From: an uncultured Alphaproteobacteria bacterium
Lineage (GTDB): Bacteria; Pseudomonadota; Alphaproteobacteria; CAAHEQ01; UBA3637
Assembly: GCA_944392585.1 (NCBI GenBank)
Contig: CALXXA010000028.1
Coordinates: 521 to 64,520 of the forward strand
Direction of reading: 5' to 3'
Length of the DNA: 64,000 nucleotides
A program made the translations under genes and the position numbers. The notes under the pieces were generated by a model, which was not told where the DNA came from, did no database searches, and worked only from the letters and a program-made list of their open reading frames with translations. Within the stretch, counting starts at the first letter, position 1, and every line of letters begins with the position of its first letter. Shown piece after piece: positions 59,067-64,000 of this stretch.

Positions 59067-60608
59067 TTAATCTTTCTTCAATAAAGAATGTCCCGTCATC
59101 TCGGTTGGTTTCGGTAATCCCATTAAATCCAGTAAAGTAGGGGAAATATCAGCCAAACGACCATCTTTTAAGCCGACAATATTCTGGGGGGGACATACTA
59201 AAACGGCTTTAACCGGTAAAGTGGTATGAGCCGTATAAGGAGCGTTCGTCTTCGGATCTTTCATCAGCTCCGCATTCCCATGGTCTGCCGTGACTAGCAT
59301 TGTTCCTCCTGCCGTACAAACGGCTTTTTCAACTCTCCCTATACATTCATCTACCGCTTCTACGGCTTTGATGGCAGCATCCATAATTCCTGTATGTCCA
59401 ACCATATCTCCATTTGCATAGTTTACTATAATAGCATCAAATTTTCCCGAAGAAATGGCTTCTATTAGTTTTTCAGTTACTTCATATGCGGACATTTCAG
59501 GTTTTAAATCATATGTCGCCACTTTAGGGCTGGGGATTAAAATCCGTTCTTCCCCTTTGAACATCTTCTCCTCTCCTCCGTTAAAGAAAAATGTAACATG
59601 AGCGTATTTTTCTGTTTCCGCGATTCTTAATTGTTTTTTTCCATTTTCTTCTAAGACCTCACCGAATATTTGATTCAATTCTACCGGGGGGAAAAGTGTT
59701 TTTAGCCATTGATTATGAGCTTCCGAGTACTCTGCCATTCCAACAGCCGCCGCAAAATGAATGACTTTTGAACGAGGTGCTTTTTCAAACGAAGGGTTTA
59801 AAAGCATTTCTAAAATTTCCCGAGCTCTGTCCGATCGGTAATTGACCATGAGAATTCCATCTCCTTCTTTCATTCCGTCATAATGACCGATGACGACTGG
59901 TTTCATAAATTCATCTGTTATCCCGGCGGCATAAGAGGCTTCTATGGCTTCCGCGGCTGTTTCAAAACGAGGAGCTTCTGCTTTTACCAACGCATTATAA
60001 GCTTGGGTTATACGTTCCCATCTGTTGTCTCTGTCCATAGCGTAATATCTTCCGCAGATAACAGATATACGAGTGTTTTTTAAATCTTTTGTCTTTTCTA
60101 TAAATTGAGAGACATAGTCTCGTCCGGAACTCGGAGGTGTATCTCTCCCATCTAAATAAGCGTCAACACAGACAGGAATCCCCGCATGATCTAAAATCCG
60201 AGCCAATGCTATAAAATGATCCATGTGAGAATGAACTCCTCCAGGTGACATTAAGCCCATTAAATGACAGCGACCGTTACTTTCTTTAAGACGGGATATT
60301 AAATCCAATAAAACAGGGTTTGTTTTTAGTTCTCCTTTTTGAATGGCTTGATCTATACGGGGAAGGTCCTGCATGACAACTCTTCCGGCTCCTAAATTTG
60401 TATGCCCAACTTCTGAATTTCCCATTTGACCATCCGGAAGCCCGACATCTAGTCCTGATGTGTGAATGGTTGCCGTAGGATATTCTTTTAGCCAACGATG
60501 CCAATTTTGAGTGTTCCCTGTTTCTATCGCATTGTCTTGTTTTTCTGTTCGATATCCCCATCCATCTAAAATACATAAGATAACCGGGCGAGGTATTTGG
60601 ATATTCAT
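59067..60608 (-). CDS. gpmI: 2,3-bisphosphoglycerate-independent phosphoglycerate mutase
   Basis: 513 aa. 'VILCILDGWG' N-terminus and a metalloenzyme domain. Confidence 0.9.
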   Translation of the reverse strand: MNIQIPRPVILCILDGWGYRTEKQDNAIETGNTQNWHRWLKEYPTATIHTSGLDVGLPDGQMGNSEVGHTNLGAGRVVMQDLPRIDQAIQKGELKTNPVLLDLISRLKESNGRCHLMGLMSPGGVHSHMDHFIALARILDHAGIPVCVDAYLDGRDTPPSSGRDYVSQFIEKTKDLKNTRISVICGRYYAMDRDNRWERITQAYNALVKAEAPRFETAAEAIEASYAAGITDEFMKPVVIGHYDGMKEGDGILMVNYRSDRAREILEMLLNPSFEKAPRSKVIHFAAAVGMAEYSEAHNQWLKTLFPPVELNQIFGEVLEENGKKQLRIAETEKYAHVTFFFNGGEEKMFKGEERILIPSPKVATYDLKPEMSAYEVTEKLIEAISSGKFDAIIVNYANGDMVGHTGIMDAAIKAVEAVDECIGRVEKAVCTAGGTMLVTADHGNAELMKDPKTNAPYTAHTTLPVKAVLVCPPQNIVGLKDGRLADISPTLLDLMGLPKPTEMTGHSLLKKD

Positions 60609-60767
60609 TTTCTTTCCTTTCTTTAAGTTTATTTTTTATTTAATATAAAATGTTTTCTAAAAAAAAGGGAGTCTTTTTTAATTTTTCTTTATTCTTAAAC
60701 GTTAAAGTTGCAATTTTTTTATAAAGACGGTACATTAAAAAAAATACTATTTATTAAGAGGAAAATA

Positions 60768-61466
60768 ATGCTTTCTTTTGTCTTTGCGTTTATTTTTGGT
60801 TTTTGTACGCCGTTGGTGGCCTCTCGGTTCGGGAAATTCTTACCAACGGATTTAGGTACGGTTTTGGCATCTCTTTGGCATTGTCCCAGATGTCCGAAAT
60901 GTCTTTCTCCTCAATGGGTAAATCTGTTTTATGGAAAGTGGAGGAAACTTTTAAGGTGGTGTTTTGTATGGGCTTGTTTACTTGTTTTCTTATTCTATCT
61001 CATTCATTTAAATTTTGATAATCAATCTCAGGTTTGGGTTAAAGCTTTAGTATGTATTTTGGCTCTGTTGACAGTTATTGATGATCGGTATTTTTTACTA
61101 CCGGATGTATTGACAATTCCTCTTTTATTCTTAGGATTCGGGTTTAGTATCTGGGGAGGGGAAATATCTTCGGCAGCTAGTTTTTGGGGATCCGTATATG
61201 GTTATTTGCTTCCCAGTGCCGCGGTTTTGTTCATCCATCCGTTTATTAAAGACAGTTTCGGGGGTGGAGATGTAAAAATGTTGACGGCTCTGGGAGCGTG
61301 GTTTGGTTTCTATGGCTTAAATATCGTATTATTAATTTCTGTCGTTTCTTTTTTTGCATGGTCTCTTTGGTCTCGTCGCCGCAGCGGAGCTTACGGTCCT
61401 CATTTGGCTTTCGGATCTCTTGTTTATTTATTTATTTCCCATTTCCAATATACTCACTTTTTTTAA
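60768..61466 (+). CDS. Type IV prepilin peptidase (A24 family)
   Basis: 'CPRCPKC' Zn motif, 'DDRYFLLPD' and 'GGGDVKML' catalytic Asp regions. Start moved to the internal Met at 60768, which has a GAGGAAA RBS. Confidence 0.7.
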   Translation: MLSFVFAFIFGFCTPLVASRFGKFLPTDLGTVLASLWHCPRCPKCLSPQWVNLFYGKWRKLLRWCFVWACLLVFLFYLIHLNFDNQSQVWVKALVCILALLTVIDDRYFLLPDVLTIPLLFLGFGFSIWGGEISSAASFWGSVYGYLLPSAAVLFIHPFIKDSFGGGDVKMLTALGAWFGFYGLNIVLLISVVSFFAWSLWSRRRSGAYGPHLAFGSLVYLFISHFQYTHFF

Positions 61467-61529
61467 AAAATGATTGAAAATTTTTTTTAACTTATTTAAA
61501 ATAAACAATTATATAAATAAGGCAGAAAA

Positions 61530-62378
61530 ATGGCAGAAATAAAACAAATAAATGTTGACAATCAAGAACAAGAAAATAATGTCCTAAAAGTAGGGCAAAT
61601 CCTTGCTCGCGCGCGTCAGAAAAAACGTAAGGAAATTAAACGGATTGCGGAACAGTTATGTATTCGCCAGTCTTATTTGGAAGCCTTGGAAAATAGTCAG
61701 TACGACGTTTTCCCCGGGCAATTCTATGCAGTCGGGTTCCTCAAAACTTATGCAAATTATTTAAATTTAAATGCAAATGAGCTTATAGATTTATATAGAA
61801 AAGAAACAGACTTTTTAGATCCAAAGCCTGTTATTATGCCTATTCCCGAAAAATCCAGCATGATGCCTTCCGTATCATATATTTTGGCCGGTGTTTTTAT
61901 TTTAGCAGTCGTGTGGGGAAGTTGGTTTTTCTTGTCTTATCAAAATACGCCTAAAAATGCTCCTCTGCCGGAACCCGTAGAAATAAAAACAGATATGGTA
62001 CCTGTTCCGGACGAGGTTATCCTATCTCCGGACGAGGCTATTATGGAACCTGTCCCGGAAACCTCAGAAACAGAGACAACTCTTGCAGAACAAACTTCTT
62101 CTCAACTTTCGGCAGATGATACCGCTCGAATTAAAATTATTGCAAATCAAGATGTTTGGTTGGAAATCCAAGATGAGGATATGTTCATATTTAACAGAAT
62201 CCTGAAAAAAGGTGAAGTCTTTGAAGTCCCAAATGAAAGTGAAAACATGGTGCTAAAAACCGGAAATGCCGGAGGGATGGATATTTACGTAGATGGAGAA
62301 AAAATTAAACCGTTAGGTCCCGTAGGATCTGTTCGAACGCAAGTTAAATTAGTACCGGATGTGTTAAAAAATCGTTAG
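61530..62378 (+). CDS. rodZ: RodZ-like HTH/DUF4115 protein
   Basis: 282 aa. N-terminal Xre-type HTH 'VGQILARARQKKRKEIKRIAEQL', a TM segment, and a C-terminal DUF4115-like domain. Confidence 0.6.
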   Translation: MAEIKQINVDNQEQENNVLKVGQILARARQKKRKEIKRIAEQLCIRQSYLEALENSQYDVFPGQFYAVGFLKTYANYLNLNANELIDLYRKETDFLDPKPVIMPIPEKSSMMPSVSYILAGVFILAVVWGSWFFLSYQNTPKNAPLPEPVEIKTDMVPVPDEVILSPDEAIMEPVPETSETETTLAEQTSSQLSADDTARIKIIANQDVWLEIQDEDMFIFNRILKKGEVFEVPNESENMVLKTGNAGGMDIYVDGEKIKPLGPVGSVRTQVKLVPDVLKNR

Positions 62379-62450
62379 CAAATAAAGTTGAATCTAAAGA
62401 AAAGGGGTTAAAATCCCTTGTGGGGCTTTATTTTATTTAAAGAGGTTAAT

Positions 62451-63527
62451 ATGAGTTTTAAAGGTAAATTGGAGACAATTATTGCTCGTTATGAAGAACT
62501 GAATGCGTTATTGTCTGAAACGACTGATGGTTCGACTATAGTGAAATTGTCTAAAGAACAAAGTCAATTACAAGATATTGTAAAAGTAGGGAAAAGTTGG
62601 GAAAAAATGAATGCCGATTTTATAGAAGCCGAAAAAATGATGAATGAGACGAAAGATCCTGATTTAAGAGAACTGGCTTCCGAGGAATTTTATGATTTAA
62701 AAGAAAAATTACCCAAACTTGAGCAAGAGGTTAAGTTGTTGCTATTACCTAAAGATGCAGCCGATGAAAAAAATGCGATATTGGAAGTGCGTGCCGGAAC
62801 AGGAGGGGAAGAGGCTGCTTTGTTTGCTGCTGATTTATTCCGAATGTATGAGCGATATGCATCATTTAAGAAATGGCGTTTCGAAGTCATGGAATTAAAT
62901 GAAACAGGCTTGGGAGGATATAAAGAAGCTGTTGCGCGTATTTCCGGAAATAATGTATTTGCTCATTTGAAGTTCGAATCCGGCGCTCATAGAGTGCAGC
63001 GTGTTCCCGAAACAGAAGCAAGTGGGCGAGTCCATACTTCTGCAGCAACGGTTGCAATCTTACCAGAAGCTGAAGACGTTGATATTCATATTGATGAAGA
63101 AAAAGATATTAAAATGGATGCTTTCCGTTCTTCCGGCGCAGGAGGGCAACATGTCAATAAAACATCTAGTGCTGTTCGATTGACTCATATTCCAACCGGT
63201 ATCGTGGTGGAGTGTCAAGAGGAAAGATCTCAGTTTAAAAACAGAGATAAAGCAATGGCTCGATTGCGTGCGAAATTGTACGATATACAACGACGTAAAA
63301 TTGAGCAAGAGCAATCCTCTTCAAGAAAAGAACAAGTCGGATCCGGAGATCGTTCCGAACGTATTCGGACATATAACTATCCTCAAGGACGCGTCACGGA
63401 CCATAGAATTAATCTAACCGTTTATCAACTAGATGAGGTTATGGCAGGACCAGGATTAGATCAATTTGTTACAGCTCTAATCGAAGATGATCAATTAGCT
63501 AAATTATCCGCTTTTGAAAATGGATAA
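62451..63527 (+). CDS. prfA: Peptide chain release factor 1
   Basis: GGQ motif 'SGAGGQHVN' and PxT-region 'VPETEA'. Start placed at MSFKGKLE at 62451, not the track's 62418. Confidence 0.9.
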   Translation: MSFKGKLETIIARYEELNALLSETTDGSTIVKLSKEQSQLQDIVKVGKSWEKMNADFIEAEKMMNETKDPDLRELASEEFYDLKEKLPKLEQEVKLLLLPKDAADEKNAILEVRAGTGGEEAALFAADLFRMYERYASFKKWRFEVMELNETGLGGYKEAVARISGNNVFAHLKFESGAHRVQRVPETEASGRVHTSAATVAILPEAEDVDIHIDEEKDIKMDAFRSSGAGGQHVNKTSSAVRLTHIPTGIVVECQEERSQFKNRDKAMARLRAKLYDIQRRKIEQEQSSSRKEQVGSGDRSERIRTYNYPQGRVTDHRINLTVYQLDEVMAGPGLDQFVTALIEDDQLAKLSAFENG

Positions 63528-64000
63528 CTTAATTTATAATATCGCGCAACAATTAAAAGAAGCTTCTGATACGCCGTTATTAGATGCTCGTTATTTTGTC
63601 GCAGAAACAACAGATGAAAAGATATTAAATTCTTTTATTTCTCGTCGTAAAAAAGGAGAGCCTGTTTCTAAAATTATCGGACATAAAGGTTTCTGGTCGT
63701 TGGAATTGAAAGTATCTGCAGATACTTTAGATCCTCGCCCTGATACCGAAACAATTATTGATGCCGTTTTAAAATTATTCCCGGATAAATCAACCCCACT
63801 TCATTTTTTGGATTTAGGAACTGGAAGCGGATGTTTGTTATTAGCTTTATTAAGTGAATATGTACATGCTCAAGGGATTGGGATTGATGCATCTGATAAA
63901 GCTTTGATTATTGCTCGTGAAAACGGGAAGACCTTTAAACAAGCTGCTTTTTTAAATAGAAATTGGATGGACTTAAATTGGGGGCGGGATTTAGGGGCTT
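63520..64000 (+). CDS. prmC: Release factor glutamine methyltransferase (HemK/PrmC), 3'-truncated by the window end
   Basis: ATG overlaps the prfA stop (ATGGATAA). '[14 protein letters not shown]' SAM motif. Runs off the window. Confidence 0.8.
   Translation, partial: MDNLIYNIAQQLKEASDTPLLDARYFVAETTDEKILNSFISRRKKGEPVSKIIGHKGFWSLELKVSADTLDPRPDTETIIDAVLKLFPDKSTPLHFLDLGTGSGCLLLALLSEYVHAQGIGIDASDKALIIARENGKTFKQAAFLNRNWMDLNWGRDLGA

Overview
The window reads as a low-GC (about 35-40% by eye) alphaproteobacterial chromosome segment; the clade is suggested by a ChpT-like phosphotransferase, a CckA-like hybrid kinase, a RodZ-like protein, the ihfA-MerR pairing and the gpmI-EnvC-CtpA-YibQ-RppH block. 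Gene content hints at a host-associated or microaerophilic/anaerobic lifestyle: anaerobic RNR nrdDG, PPDK and a degenerate sucCD. The first ~7.4 kb is compositionally distinct (GC-richer) and looks like an integrated plasmid-like mobile element next to a minus-strand tRNA-Ala(GGC). On the minus strand it reads AlpA-like regulator, DUF2924, large serine recombinase, winged-helix Rep-like protein and a nitroreductase cargo gene, followed by a dense TGACCA iteron array. Embedded in it is an AT-rich two-gene AbiEi/AbiEii cassette (5625-7072), a type IV toxin-antitoxin/abortive-infection module. Flanking the cassette are imperfect ~56-bp direct repeats that re-encode the last 14 codons and the stop of the upstream hypothetical gene (4769-5530). 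The rest is mostly housekeeping: rpmF-plsX-fabH, ihfA, ppdK, pyk, sufBCDS, rpsF-rpsR-rplI, rpsU, aspS, rmuC, pyrG, sucCD, mutY, glgXB, yajC-secDF, nrdDG, rppH, ctpA, gpmI, prfA-prmC and tRNA-Phe. Several of these are unusual: NrdD is split, with the glycyl-radical domain on its own 64-aa ORF behind a strong RBS. SucD lacks the catalytic His and its CoA-binding motif. SufD is only 205 aa. A Clp-like double-AAA+ protein lacks the N- and M-domains and has a degenerate first ATPase domain and pore loops. A ChpT-like gene is followed by a pseudo-receiver and an orphan CheR. A GGDEF protein has a degenerate A-site but an intact I-site. A ~54% GC structured patch lies upstream of aspS. No CRISPR arrays or rRNA genes were found.
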